A stretch of 64,000 nt of DNA from Chiloscyllium plagiosum (GCF_004010195.1 NC_057719.1:74526043-74590042); one strand, 5' to 3'; positions 13,453 through 26,860 are shown, counted from the stretch's first letter. Program-made: numbers and translations. The notes: a model not told the origin generated them from the letters alone.

Positions 13453-14424
13453 AACGGGTGTTTTTGAAAACCTTTACTTTGGAATCATGCAACAAAAGTA
13501 AAGGGAATTTTATATTCAGCTCCGAGGAGAGCTCGTGACATAACTTATGTAGCAGGATTGCAATAAACACCAGTTTAAGAACTAAGTCATGACCACCATA
13601 CAGCTGAGGCAAGATTAATTTGTCAACAGAACTGAATTAAGTCAAAGTTTCTTGAAAATGTCTAAGCCAAGGAGAACTATGCCACAGTTAGTCAGGCCCA
13701 ATCAGCAGGATAATAAGTCATAAGCATAATTTCCAGAGCTGTGAAGGGTTAGTTTACAAAGAGAGGGTGGTACTTGGTGGAGACAAGCGAAGACTGTGCC
13801 TCCAAGAGGATTCAAATCAGAGGAAATGGACAAACAATGGAATGGGGACAGAAGGGGCAGGGCATGCAGCAAGAATCTTTTCTCATCCTTCACCACTATG
13901 GGATGAGGGGAAAATTCAATTAAAATTAAAATACTGTTGTGTGAATGAGGAAGAAATGTATCTTTGGAAGAGATGGTTCCCTTTGAAAAGCACTGTACTA
14001 CCTTCACAAATGTAGTTCTGTTGGTCCAGTAGTCATAGAGTCATAGAGATGTACAGCATGGAAACAAATCTAAGTACAGCTGAGAGAGGCAGGAAGTTAA
14101 CAGATTTAATATCTTAGTAAAGAATGGAATTAGCTTCATCACAAAGTTTGTGACACAATAGGTTTTGCTGAGTTTCACTGTTTTCCAAGGGACAGGCTGG
14201 GGCATGCTCCAATTTGTCACAGCTTTCTTGCTTAGAAATTGGATATATTCCAACCAGTACTCACTCCTAAATACTGGCCAATAACTCTTGCTGACAATTC
14301 AGCTTCTAAGTAAGCATACAATCGAGTTTACAGAGATATGAAGCACGGAAACAGACCCTTCCATCCAACTCGTCCATGCTGACCAGATATTCCAACATCT
14401 TCAATGATGCTCAAACGTGAACTG

Positions 14425-15770
14425 ATTAGAGTCATAGAATTATACAGCACAGAAATAGACCCTTCGGTACAACCCATCCATGCCGACCAGATATTCTAAT
14501 TTAGTCCCATTTGTGAGCACTTAGTCCATATCCCTCTAAACCCTTCCTATTCATATACTCTTCCGGATGCCTTCTAAATGTTGTAATTGTACCAACCTCC
14601 ACCACTTCCTCTGGCAGCTCATTCCATACACACGCCACTTTCTGTGTAAAAGGTTGCCCTGAGGTCTCTGATATATCTCACCTTAAACCTATGCCCTCTG
14701 GTTTTGCACTTCCCCACCCCAGGGAAAAAGACCTTGTCTATTTACCCTATCCATGCCCCTCATGATTATACAAATCTCTATAAGGTCACCCCTCAGCGTC
14801 CGATGCTCCAGTCTATAGCTCCCTATAGCTCAAATCCTCCAACCATTGCAACATCTTTGTAAATCTTTTCTACACCCTTTCAAGTTTCACAACATCTTTC
14901 TTCTAGAAGGGTGACCAGAATTGAATGCAGAATTCTAAAAGTAGCCCAACTAATGTTCTGTACAGCCATAACATGATATTTCAACCCCTTTATTCAATGC
15001 ACTGACCAATAAAGGCATGTACCAATAGCCTTCTTCACTATCCTACCTACCTACAACTCCACTTTCAAGGAACTATGAACCTTCACCCCAAACTCTCTTT
15101 GGTTAACAACATTCCCCAGGACCTTACCACTAAGTGTATAAGTCCTGCCCTGATTTGCTTTACCAAAATGCAACACCTCATATTTATCTAAACTAAACTC
15201 CAACTGCCAGTCCTCGGTCCATTGGCCCATCAGATCAAGATCCTATTGTACTGTGATATAACCGTCTTCACTACACCTCCAATTTTGGTGTCATCTGCAA
15301 ATTTACTAACCATTCTGCTATATTCACAACTAAATTATTTATAGAAATGACAAAAAGCAGTGGACACCGATCCTTGTGACACAGGCCTCCAGTCTGAAAA
15401 GCAACCCTCCACCCTCTGTCTTCTACCATTGTATCCAAATGGCTAGCTCTCCCTGGATTCAGTGTGATCTAATTTTGCTAACCTGTCTACCAAGTGGAAC
15501 CTTGTCAATTCAGCCTTGCTGAATTCCACCTAGCCAATGTCCAAGCTCTGCCTTCATTAATCTTCTTTCTCACTTCAAAACACTCAATCAAGTTAGTGAG
15601 ACACATAAAGCCATGTTGACTATCCCAAATCAGTCCCTGCCTTTCCAAATACTTGCAAATCCTGTCCCTCAGAATCCCCTCCAATAATTTATCCACCACT
15701 GACGTCAGGCTCACCGGTCGATAGTTCCCTGGCTTTTCCTTACCACCTTTCTTAAATAATGGTACCACAA
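14425..15770 (-). mobile_element. CR1 LINE 3' half (RT), degenerate; small CR1 tail scraps at about 14030 and 14330
   Basis: KPGNYRPVSLTSVVDKLLEGILRD; AGAGTCATAG tail on +. Confidence 0.85.
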
Positions 15771-15789
15771 GCAACATACATTGTCCACA

Positions 15790-16340
15790 AAGAGTCATAG
15801 AGATGTACAGCATGGAAACAGAACCTTCAGTCCAACTCGTCCACATCGACTAGATATGCCAACCCAATCTAGTCCCACCTGCCAGCACCTGGCCCATATC
15901 CCTCCAAACCCTTCCTATTCATAAACCCATCCAGATGCCTTTTAAATGTTGCAATTGTACTAGCCTCCACCACCTCCTCTGGGAGCTCATTCCGTACATG
16001 TACCATCTTCTTTCCCCCCTCACCCTAAATCTATGCCCTCTAGTTCTGGACTCCCGCACCCCAGGGAAAAGACTTTGTCTTTTTATCCTACCTATGCCCC
16101 TCATGATTTTATAAACGTCCATTAGGTCACCCCTCAGCCTCCGACACTCCAGGGAGAACAGCCCTCACCTATTCAACCTCTCCTGAGAGCTCAAATCCTC
16201 CAACCCTGGCAACATCCTTGTAAGTCTTTTCTGAACCCTTTCAAGTTTCACAACATCTTTCCAATAGGAAAGAGACCAGAATTGCATGCAATATTCCAAC
16301 AGTGGCCTAACCAATGTCCTGTACAGCCGCAACATGACCT
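15790..16340 (-). mobile_element. 5'-truncated CR1 LINE
   Basis: LYRTLVRPLLEYCMQFWS; tail at about 15791. Confidence 0.9.
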
Positions 16341-16409
16341 CCCAACTCCTGTACTCAATCTTCACTAATCAATTCAGATTGTTTAACAAAGTATGGTGGT
16401 CAGGTCCCA

Positions 16410-16560
16410 GGGCAACATATTCTAGTGCAGACTCAGAGAGATATCTTCTACTATGGACCCAGAGATATATAATCCAGAATGGGCCCAGATAGGTATCTCC
16501 TAATGTGGACCCAAGGAGCAATATCCCAGTGTGGATCCAAAGAGACAAGTCCCAGCATGA
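16410..16560. repeat. Degenerate minisatellite-like stretch, about 23-25 bp unit resembling GTGGACCCAGAGA.ATATCCCAGT
   Basis: Recurring TGGACCCA/TGGGCCCA/TGGATCCA about every 24 nt. Confidence 0.45.
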
Positions 16561-17101
16561 ACACATCTTTTGTGAAGAGTGGGGAGAAAACTGGAGGAAC
16601 ATGAAGAGAAAATATAAATAAAATGTAATATTGGTATCAAGCTTGTTTTTCATTGTTCGACTCAAGGCTTTTAAGAAATATGGTCATGCAACAGTTCCGT
16701 GAGTCAAGGGTTATGTATCTTTTGCTTGGTCTGCATTTCCCAAATAATTAAATCAGAGTCATTACAGAGAATTTTAAGCTGCCATCCAAAAAAAAGAGCT
16801 GAATGACTAGTTCTTTGTTACTATTCAGAGACTGTTCTGAATACCGTCACTTATAACTCGCAGCAAAGCTTACAACATGACTTTACAGTGCTCGTTCTCT
16901 TGTAGGTTCGGAGAAATTGCCAGATTTTATAGGAACAGGCTACCTGGTAGCACTTGAAGCAAAACTCCTGCAGAATTATATCAAACAAAAGCATCCCCAA
17001 AACCAGGAGCCCTGTAAATGTTTTATTTTGGGAGATCCATTTACTTCTCATCTACAAAGCAGAAGCGATTCAGAGATTAAGCGTTGAACCGTTGAATCAA
17101 A

Positions 17102-17511
17102 ATGAACACCACCAGTGAGGAATATTTGGTGAAAGATGCTTGGAATGTGCTCCTGAGTATTAACTCGACACCAATCTTAAACTTAAGTATGGGGGAGACA
17201 GACCAGCCACCAGGAAAGTTAATAGATCAGACTATTACTGTCATTTCAATCCTTGCTCTGTTCATCACAATGATATCAATGGGCTGCACGATGGAATTAC
17301 CAATGATCAAGCATCACATTTTGAAACCGAAGGGGGTGCTGATTGCAGTGTTTTCTCAATATGGGATTATGCCCCTAACAGCTTACAGCCTCGCCAAGGC
17401 TTTCAGGCTGTCCTCCATTGAATCTCTGTCAGTCCTGATCTGTGGCTGTTGCCCTGGCGGAACCCTCTCCAACATCTTCTCACTGGCACTGAACGGAGAC
17501 ATGAATCTCAG
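17102..17511 (+). CDS. SLC10A1: Sodium/bile acid cotransporter NTCP, exon 1
   Basis: MISMGCTME...KPKGVLIAVFSQYGIMPLTA...CGCCPGGTLSNIFSLALNGDMNL; donor AG|GTACGG at 17512 (phase 2); neighbour SRSF5 supports orthology to SLC10A1. Confidence 0.93.
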
Positions 17512-17639
17512 GTACGGAAACAGCTGCTCACCTGAAGCTTGGCTTTTCTAGTGGCTTAAGGGGTAGAATCCATCTTTGGGAAAGATGCAAGTCTAGGGAA
17601 AGAGTCTAAGAAAAGGTGCCACATAATATTGTCAGCTCA

Positions 17640-17762
17640 ACTACTAATGAAAGGTCATTGATGTGAAATGTTAACTCCGTTTATCTCTCCAGAGATGAAG
17701 ACGAGCTGCTAAATCTTCCAGCATTTTCTGTTTTGTTTCAGCATCCACCGTATTTTATGCTT
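17640..17762 (+). mobile_element. Old PLE pseudo-LTR remnant in SLC10A1 intron 1
   Basis: CTAATGAAAGGTCATTGATGTGAAATGTTA (decayed CTGATGA...GAAA layout) followed by CTTCCAGCATTTTCTG...CAGCATC. Confidence 0.5.
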
Positions 17763-18704
17763 GTATTACTGTCCATCTGTGCTATGTACCCTTTCATGCA
17801 TTTGCTGAAGGCCAGTTTCACACATTTAAATGATAAAGAATATTGTCTTCATTAGAAATGGCATATTTTGTGACTATGTTTACAAAAGCATGGGTTGTTA
17901 ATGTTATCCTCCTCAAAGTCCTTTATAATGCCACTTGATTGCACTGTTAGTGTTAAAAAAAAATTAAGATTTCATCTTTTTCACTCCCCAAGCCAAATAC
18001 AGTTTGACAAATTTTGTTCCCCAAGAAGATGGTGTCCTTTTGAATTCAGAACCCAAACGTTTAACAGTGATAGCCAGTTTAATATCTTACTTTATCTGCA
18101 TCTCTCACTTGGGCCAACAATTCCTCTGCTTGGTGTTCTCCCCCACTGTCGCCATCTGCAGGTGGAGGTCTAGCTGGCAGCTGAGAGAGATGGGTGCAAA
18201 TTGGAAGCAAAATCAAAGAGGTTTTCGAGGTGGGAGGAAAAAAAGGGAGGCATCTCTCCTCTAGCCCGTCTGCAACACAAACCTCATTCATCACCAAGGA
18301 ACCCTCTGTCTGTCCTGACATTCAGTCTGGCTGCTGCCAGGTTACTAGTGCAGGGTCCTCATTTGGTCATAGTGCCAGGATCCCAGATCCACAAAAGCAT
18401 TCAGTCCCAGTGTCACCACATCCTGTATTGGAATAGGTGATTGACCGTCGAGGGAACGTATCAGTAAATGATGGAGGGAACAAATACACATCTGTAACTA
18501 CAGTGTACATGAATGCTAAAATTAACCAGAATATTGTAATGTCCAAATTTGAAAACGTTCCTTAGATCGGTTCCAATAACTGCACCTGAATCAGGTGCCT
18601 TGAAAAATGGATCCAGTTTAAAGCTTTGCCAGGCAGGGTTGGAGGGTGATAAATATTCAGAAAGTTAACAGTGTGGATTCCCATCCCTTTGGCAGCTAGT
18701 TCCT

Positions 18705-20690
18705 TTAGAACATAGAACATAGAACAATACAGCACAGAACAGGCCCTTCGGCCCACGATGTTGTGCCGAACATTTGTCCTCGCTTAAGCACCCATCCATG
18801 CACGTATCCAATTGCCGCTTAAAGGTCACCAATGATTCTGACTCTGCCACTCCCACATGCAGCGCATTCNNNNNNNNNNNNNNNNNNNNNNNNNNNNNNN
18901 NNNNNNNNNNNNNNNNNNNNNNNNNNNNNNNNNNNNNNNNNNNNNNNNNNNNNNNNNNNNNNNNNNNNNNNNNNNNNNNNNNNNNNNNNNNNNNNNNNNN
19001 NNNNNNNNNNNNNNNNNNNNNNNNNNNNNNNNNNNNNNNNNNNNNNNNNNNNNNNNNNNNNNNNNNNNNNNNNNNNNNNNNNNNNNNNNNNNNNNNNNNN
19101 NNNNNNNNNNNNNNNNNNNNNNNNNNNNNNNNNNNNNNNNNNNNNNNNNNNNNNNNNNNNNNNNNNNNNNNNNNNNNNNNNNNNNNNNNNNNNNNNNNNN
19201 NNNNNNNNNNNNNNNNNNNNNNNNNNNNNNNNNNNNNNNNNNNNNNNNNNNNNNNNNNNNNNNNNNNNNNNNNNNNNNNNNNNNNNNNNNNNNNNNNNNN
19301 NNNNNNNNNNNNNNNNNNNNNNNNNNNNNNNNNNNNNNNNNNNNNNNNNNNNNNNNNNNNNNNNNNNNNNNNNNNNNNNNNNNNNNNNNNNNNNNNNNNN
19401 NNNNNNNNNNNNNNNNNNNNNNNNNNNNNNNNNNNNNNNNNNNNNNNNNNNNNNNNNNNNNNNNNNNNNNNNNNNNNNNNNNNNNNNNNNNNNNNNNNNN
19501 NNNNNNNNNNNNNNNNNNNNNNNNNNNNNNNNNNNNNNNNNNNNNNTACCATGGGGAACTTTATCAAATGCCTTACTAAAATCCATGTATACTACATCCA
19601 CTGCTCTACCCTCATCCACATGCTTGGTCACCTCCTCAAAGAATTCAATAAGACTTGTAAGGCAAGACCTACCCCTCACAAATACGTGCTGGCTGTCCCT
19701 AATCAAGCAGTGTCTTTCCAGATACTCATAAATCCTATCCCTCAGTACCCTTTCCATTACTTTGCCTACCACTGACGTAAGACTAACTGTCCTGTAATTC
19801 CCGGGGTTATCCCTATTCCCTTTTTTGAATAGGGGCACAACATTCGCCACTCTCCAGTCCCCTGGTACCACCCCCATTGACAGTGAAAACGAAAAGATCA
19901 TTGCCAACGGCTCTGCAATTTCCTCTATTGCTTCCCACATAATCCTAGGATATATCACGTCAGGCCTCAAGTTTTCCAAAATGCCCAACACATCTTCCTT
20001 CCCAACAAGTTTCTCTTCTAGCTTACCAGTCCGTTTCACTCCTCTTCAACAATACGGTCCCTCTCATTTGTAAATACTGAAGAAAAGTACTCATTCAAGA
20101 CCTCTCCTATCTCTTCCGACTCAATACACAGTCTCCCACTATTGTCCTTGGTCGGACCTACCCTCGTTCTCGTCATTCTCATGTTTCTCACATACGCATA
20201 AAATGCCTTGGGGTTATCCTTGATCCTACCCGCCAAAGATTTTTCATGCCCTCTCTTAGCTCTCCTAATCCCTTTCTTCAGCTTCCTTCTGGCTATCCTG
20301 TATCCCTCCAACGCTCTGTCTGAACCTTGTTTCCTCAACCTTCTTCCTCTTTATAAGACATTCAACCTCCCTCGTCAACCAAGGTTCCCTCACACGACAA
20401 TCTCTTCCCTGCCTGACAGGTACATACATATCAAGGACACGTCGTATCTGTTCCTTGAAAAAGTTCCACATTTCCACGACATCCTTCCCTGACAGTCTAT
20501 GCTCCCAACTTATGCTCCTCAGATCCTGTCTTACAGCATCGTATTTACCCTTCCCCCAATTGTAAAACCTACCCTGTTGCACGGACCTATATCTCTCCAT
20601 AACCAAGGTGAAAGTCACAGAATTGTGGTCACCATCACCAAAATGTTCACCCACTAACAAGCCCATCACTTGTCCCGGTTCGTTACCAAG
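18705..20690 (-). mobile_element. CR1 LINE ORF2 fragment spanning gap 18870-19546 (SLC10A1 intron 1)
   Basis: NYRTVSLTSVVGK...YMDFSKAFDKVPHG; GDHNSVTF; (TTCTATG)n tail. Confidence 0.9.
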
Positions 20691-20704
20691 GAAATTTACA
20701 AAAG

Positions 20705-20845
20705 GAAATTTGTCATTGTCACTTAGTCTGGCCTACATGTGATCCCACCCATACAGCAATGTGTTTGACTCTTAACTGCCCTCTAGGAAATCCAGATAGG
20801 CAACAAATGCTGGCCCAGCCAGTGATGCCCACAATCCATGAGCAA
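20705..20845 (+). mobile_element. Deu-domain SINE (SacSINE1-like) fragment
   Basis: TCTGGCCTACATGTGA...GACTCTTAACTGCCCTCT core shared with copies at about 25.1, 26.1 and 52.0 kb; family name from memory. Confidence 0.5.
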
Positions 20846-21010
20846 ATTTTTAAAATTCCTCTGTAAAGATTACACTATCAAGGAAGAGGTACCTATTAGT
20901 TAGCATTGTTAATATCAGTAATATTGTATTTCAGAATTGGTGACTGAATTGTTTATGGCTAATCTTTGCTGAAACTTTATCTAACATTGTCTCTCTTATT
21001 ATCCCGACAG

Positions 21011-21212
21011 TATTGTGATGACCACATGCTCTACAGTACTAGCACTTGGCATGATGCCTCTCCTTCTTTATCTCTATTGCAAAAACCTATCACTGGCAAG
21101 TAAAGTCCCATACAGAGGGATTTCCATAACCCTGGTCTTAATGCTCATCCCTTGTGGCATTGGCATCTTCCTCAATGACAAGTATCCAAAGTACTCAAAG
21201 ACAATAACTAAA
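21011..21212 (+). CDS. SLC10A1: NTCP exon 2
   Basis: acceptor ACAG|; (S)IVMTTCSTVLALGMMPLLLYLY...KVPYRGISITLVLMLIPCGIG...TK; donor |GTAAGA. Confidence 0.95.
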
Positions 21213-21707
21213 GTAAGAGATTTGATAATTTGCCAGCATGGTATCTTCTCTGTTTGTTTTCTGTTAAAATAGTTCAAAAATTAAATGAATCCTAACTTAA
21301 ATGATGCTTTTCAATGATAACATGTGGCAGTTTTCTCATCAGTTAAGTAAATCTGTGTGGGATCCTCTCTATAACATCAATGCATTATGTGCAGGCCAGT
21401 TCTCCATACAGGTCTGATTCAGACTTAACATGGCCTAACTATTCCTAGGTTAGCTTGTTGCAGAGAATATGGGAAAAGCCTCCTTTTACTGCATTGGTTT
21501 AAAGGTTCAGTCTGAATGCTAATGCTGAGGAAAACAATCTGAACATCTTAACAGGCTTCTTGGAAGTTGCACCATTTGCCTGAGTTGCAGTGGAAGGGTA
21601 ATTGTGGTATGTCAGTAACTACAGATGGACTCTTGGTATTTGGGCTATTGAGAACTTGTTTCATTCAAAGCATTTTGTTTCATTAAACTTGCATGTTTCT
21701 CTTTCAG

Positions 21708-21886
21708 GCAGGCCTGTTCATTCTTCTTATCGCAGGAATAATAATTGGCATCTTGTCAGGAATGTCAATTGGGACCAGTCTCTGGATGCTTTTCTCCTCT
21801 CACCTACTTGCTACCACAGCACTCATGCCCGCTATAGGATATACTTCCGGATATGTCCTCTCATATCTATGCAGGTTACCGGAAAG
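21708..21886 (+). CDS. SLC10A1: NTCP exon 3 (179 nt)
   Basis: acceptor TTTCAG|; AGLFILLIAG...LLATTALMPAIGYTSGYVLSYLCRLPE; donor AG|GTAACG. Confidence 0.95.
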
Positions 21887-22319
21887 GTAACGTGTGCAAT
21901 TAATTGCGGTAGAAACAGTTTTGTCTTAGCAATTGAAATGGTTGTCTTTTGTCCATTCTTGTAACACTAACTGAGGCATAAAACTTTAATTGCATAGATT
22001 TAAATTAGGTACAATGAGAGTGCATGTCAGAAGCTTTACCACACCTTCATTAGAAAAGAAAACCACAAATATCTGGTTGAAAGTCAAGCTGAATGTTTGG
22101 CTTCTATTAGGGGCTGTCAGTAACACAGAGAGCTACCTGAATGTTCTTGATTCAGAAGAAAGTAGGAACTAATTCTAAAATAAAGTATATCTATTCACAT
22201 CTGTTTCAGATGACCCCGCAACAGAATGTCCAGGGTGAAATATTAGAGAGTTATATGTTCATATTTTTGGATATCATTAATATGAAAATACAAATTCAGA
22301 GCAAGATTAGGCCGTCAGA

Positions 22320-22900
22320 TCATAAGACCATAAGACAAAGGAGCAGAATAAGGCCATTCAGCCCATTGGGTGTGTTCCATCATTCAATCAAGACTGATAT
22401 GTTTCTCCATGCCGTTCCCATCCCTTGTCCCCATCACCCTTGATTACCTTTACCAAGCAAGAACTTATCTATCTCTGTCTTAAAGATATTCAATGACTTG
22501 GCCTCCACCGATTTGGCTGAAGAAATTCCTCCTCATTTCAGTTCCAAAGGTCGGCCTTTCACTCTGAGGCATCCCTTGGGTCCTCGTCTCTCCTGATAGC
22601 GGAAACATCTCTAGATCCACTCTATCCAGGCCTCTCAGTATTCTATAAGATTCAATTAGATCCCCCCCTCCCCCATCCTTCTAAACTCCATTGAGTACAG
22701 ACCCAGAGTACTCAACCACTATGCGTATGACAAACCCTTCATCCCCAGGGTCATCCTTGTTAACCTCCTTTGGACCCCTCAAACACCAGTCCATGCTTCC
22801 TTAGATACGGGGCCCAAAACTACTCACAATATTCGGAATGCAGTCGAACCAGACCCTTATACAGTTCAGGTGACACATCCATGCTCTTGTATTCTAGCCC
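22320..22900 (-). mobile_element. CR1 LINE 3' fragment
   Basis: CATAAGACCATAAGAC tail; reverse complement of the 505-1182 family. Confidence 0.8.
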
Positions 22901-23084
22901 TCAAGCCTGCTCTGCCATTTAGCTGATCTGACTGTGGACTATTCCCTCCACCTGTTGACTCCTTCCTCTGCCTTAAAGATGTCCAGCAACCCTGCCTCCA
23001 CTTCTCCCAAGTGCGGCATGTTCCGCAGTTGCATAAACCCCTGAGACAAAAAATATTTTCCTTACCTCCATCTTAAATCCATCT

Positions 23085-24765
23085 TAAAGTCAGGAAATCT
23101 ATCAAAGAAAAAGAGAGATCCTATAAAGTGGTCATGAGCACTGGGAAATCAGAAGATTGGGAAGGCTACAAAAACAAACAGAGGATAACAAAGAGAGAAA
23201 TAAGGAAGGAGAGGATCAAATATGAAGGTAGGCTAGCCAGTAATATTAGAAATGATAGTAAAAGTTTCTTTCAATACGTAAGAAACAAACGACAGGCAAA
23301 AGTAGACATTGGGCCACTTCAAACTAATGCTGGAAGNNNNNNNNNNNNNNNNNNNNNNNNNNNNNNNNNNNNNNNNNNNNNNNNNNNNNNNNNNNNNNNN
23401 NNNNNNNNNNNNNNNNNNNNNNNNNNNNNNNNNNNNNNNNNNNNNNNNNNNNNNNNNNNNNNNNNNNNNNNNNNNNNNNNNNNNNNNNNNNNNNNNNNNN
23501 NNNNNNNNNNNNNNNNNNNNNNNNNNNNNNNNNNNNNNNNNNNNNNNNNNNNNNNNNNNNNNNNNNNNNNNNNNNNNNNNNNNNNNNNNNNNNNNNNNNN
23601 NNNNNNNNNNNNNNNNNNNNNNNNNNNNNNNNNNNNNNNNNNNNNNNNNNNNNNNNNNNNNNNNNNNNNNNNNNNNNNNNNNNNNNNNNNNNNNNNNNNN
23701 NNNNNNNNNNNNNNNNNNNNNNNNNNNNNNNNNNNNNNNNNNNNNNNNNNNNNNNNNNNNNNNNNNNNNNNNNNNNNNNNNNNNNNNNNNNNNNNNNNNN
23801 NNNNNNNNNNNNNNNNNNNNNNNNNNNNNNNNNNNNNNNNNNNNNNNNNNNNNNNNNNNNNNNNNNNNNNNNNNNNNNNNNNNNNNNNNNNNNNNNNNNN
23901 NNNNNNNNNNNNNNNNNNNNNNNNNNNNNNNNNNNNNNNNNNNNNNNNNNNNNNNNNNNNNNNNNNNNNNNNNNNNNNNNNNNNNNNNNNNNNNNNNNNN
24001 NNNNNNNNNNNNNNNNNNNNNNNNNNNNNNNNNNNNNNNNNNNNNNNNNNNNNNNNNNNNNNNNNNNNNNNNNNNNNNNNNNNNNNNNNNNNNNNNNNNN
24101 NNNNNNNNNNNNNNNNNNNNNNNNNNNNNNNNNNNNNNNNNNNNNNNNNNNNNNNNNNNNNNNNNNNNNNNNNNNNNNNNNNNNNNNNNNNNNNNNNNNN
24201 NNNNNNNNNNNNNNNNNNNNNNNNNNNNNNNNNNNNNNNCTCATGAAGGACATACTGGCACTGGAGCGTGTCCAGTGGAGATTCACACGGATGATCCCTG
24301 GAATGGTAGGTCTAACATATGAGGAACGGCTGAGGATCCTGGGATTGTATTCATTGGAGTTTAGAAGATTAAGGGGAGATCTAATAGAAACTTACAAGAT
24401 AATACATGGCTTGGTGAGGGTGGACGCTAGGAAATTGTTTCCGTTAGGCGAGGAGACTAGGACCCGTGGACACAGCCTTAGAATTAGAGAGGGTAAATTC
24501 AGAACAGAAATGCGGAGACATTTCTTCAGCCAGAGAGTGGTGGGCCTGTGGAATTCATTGCCGCGGAGAGTAGTGGAGGCCAGGATGCTAAATGTCTTCA
24601 AGGCAGAAATTGATAAATTCATGATGTCACAAGGAATTAAGGGCTACGGGGAGAATGTGGGTAAGTGGAGTTGAAATGCCCATCAGCCATGATTGAATGG
24701 CGGAGTGGACTCGATGGGCCGAATGGCCTTACTTCCGCTCCTATGTCTTATGGTCTTATGGTCTT
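23085..24765 (+). mobile_element. CR1 LINE ORF2 fragment spanning gap 23337-24239
   Basis: DSKSFFQYVRNK; RLRGDLIETYKI...RTRGHSL...WNSLP; (GGTCTTAT)n tail. Confidence 0.9.
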
Positions 24766-25054
24766 AAATGGGAGACACGAATGGTTCCCTTCTCCCACAA
24801 GGGAAAACATCCATTCAGCCGTCACCCTGGTAATCCATGCCGAGGTGATGTACTATGTAGATAAGAGTAGGAAGTTACAACAGAGACAGATAAAGTACAT
24901 AGGCAAAACTGGAGCAGATGTTTGTTATTCAGTATGAGGGAATCCAGTTGGGATCTAAGAAGGTCAAGTCAGAATATTTTCTTAATGGTAAGAGACTGGG
25001 AACAAAGACAAAGGAAAGGGATGTCTATTTTACTTACTCGTATAATTGATGCCA

Positions 25055-25375
25055 TTGGAAAGGCTGGCAAGTGCTGCCCATTGAGGGCAGTTAGAGGCAA
25101 CTACATTGTTATGGATCTGGAGTCACATGTAGGCCAGACCAGGTAAGGATGACAGATTTCCTTCCATGAAGGACATTAGGTTAGCTAGTACAACGAACAA
25201 TGTTGACTTTGTGAGCAGTGGTACTGAGATCACCTATCATTCCCAGATTTTATTTTGATTAAGTCCTTGAATTCATTAATCGCATTTAAACCTCACCAGC
25301 TGCCATCATTGGATTTGAACCCATGTCCCAGAGAATTAGCCTGGGCTTCTCATTTATTAGTTCAATGAGATTACA
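25055..25375 (-). mobile_element. Deu-domain SINE (SacSINE1-like)
   Basis: Reverse complement of the 25915-26290 element (TCTGGAGTCACATGTAGGCCAGACC; GGATTTGAACCC B box). Confidence 0.6.
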
Positions 25376-25914
25376 ATAGGCTGACATCTGTCCTTAACAG
25401 AGGTGCCCACGTGGACAAATCATTCATGGATAGGTGTAAAATAATTAAAAAGTTTGATGTAGAGATGGATTTTATCTGAAGGATGCTGGAAATAAAATGG
25501 CTGGATGGGATGCTTCAGTTGTATCGAGACTTGGTCAGGCCCAATCTGGAATGGGTCGGCTTCATTGAAAATAGAATGTGGGAGGGGTGTAAAGCAGGCA
25601 GTCAATTTGCCATAAGCCATTTTACAATACAATAATGCAGTCATGTGTAGCTACCCACTCTCTGCAAACAACATGTGTTCAAGCCTTGTACTTTTATTGA
25701 GTTGTCAGGGGGTTTGTGGAGCTATTGTGCTGCATTACTTTCACTATGGCAACACTTCAGCCAATGAGAGTCAACTTGCTGACCAATCAGCACCATGTTC
25801 TTCTGTGGAGAATACGAAATTGTGCTTGTTTGAAATTTAGCATTCTTGCATACGATAACTGCAAGATGAAAAGTTTCAGCAACATGTTTCTCTTCAGCAA
25901 CATTCACGCTGAGG

Positions 25915-26290
25915 GAGATGGTGGTGTGGTGGTACTATCACTATGTTGATAAACCTGTGAACTAATTAATGCTCTGGAGAAAGAGTTTAAATCCGATGGC
26001 AGCTGGTGGGTTTAAATTCAGTTTCGAAAATCTAGGATCGAAAGCTCACCTTGGTATAATAATATTGAAACCATTATCAATTGTCAGATACAAAAAACAT
26101 CCAATGTCCTTTAGGGAAATAAATCAGTAATACTTACTTGCTCTGGCCTACATGTGGCTCCAGACCCAGAGCAATATGATTGACTCTTAAGTGCCTCTGA
26201 TTTGATAAACCAATCAGTTCAAGGGCAGTTATGGATAGGCTACAAATCTTGTTTTGTCAGCAACACTTAATTACCATTAAAGAATAAAAT
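25915..26290 (+). mobile_element. Deu-domain SINE (SacSINE1-like)
   Basis: tRNA-like head, AATGTCCTTTAGGGAA...TGGCCTACATGTGGCTCCAGACCC core, L2-like tail. Confidence 0.6.
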
Positions 26291-26546
26291 AATCTCCTTC
26301 TCATGCTTGTAAATGGAGGTGCATAGCGAACTTGAATGATAAATGCATCATCAGACATTTCAGAAGAGGCATTTTGACCATCAAGTCTGTACTGACAAAG
26401 CTATACTAAATCTACATTTGAACACAGTACCCATATCCTTGAAAGTTATGACATTTCAAGTGTCTATCCAAGTATTTTTTTTAAAGGTTGATGACAATGT
26501 CACGGACAGTAATTTGTTTTCAATTCAGTCTGTACTGAAGCAGACT

Positions 26547-26671
26547 TGATTTGGAGATGCCGGTGTTGGACTGGGGTGTACAAAGTTAAAAATCACACAA
26601 CACCAGGTTATAGTCCAACAGGTTTAATTGTGCTTCCAATTAAACCTGTTGGACTATAACCTGGTGTTGTC
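26547..26671. mobile_element. Short PLE-derived insertion with 12-bp TSD and perfect 34-bp hairpin
   Basis: CTGAAGCAGACT at 26535-26546 and 26672-26683; arms 26597-26630 and 26637-26670; same family as 56831-56905. Confidence 0.85.
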
Positions 26672-26860
26672 CTGAAGCAGACTGTGTAACTTCGCAGCTG
26701 CTAAGTTGTGTAGTATAAATTCATATCACAAAAATTCAGCACCAACCCTATCCATTCAACCTATTTAAACCCCAATCAAAGCCCAGTCAGGTATAGCAGC
26801 ACACTGAAGGTCATCATCACCCAGGAAGCCTCTCCTAACATATTTACTCTCTTTCAACAG

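Noticed and set aside
16720..17100. HNF1/FOXA/TATA-like motifs upstream of SLC10A1
   Set aside because: Only weak matches in AT-rich sequence; not supportable by eye.
18665..24322. Long ORFs of 240-406 aa in the ORF track
   Set aside because: Artefacts of N gaps (18870-19546, 23337-24239); the real parts are CR1 fragments.
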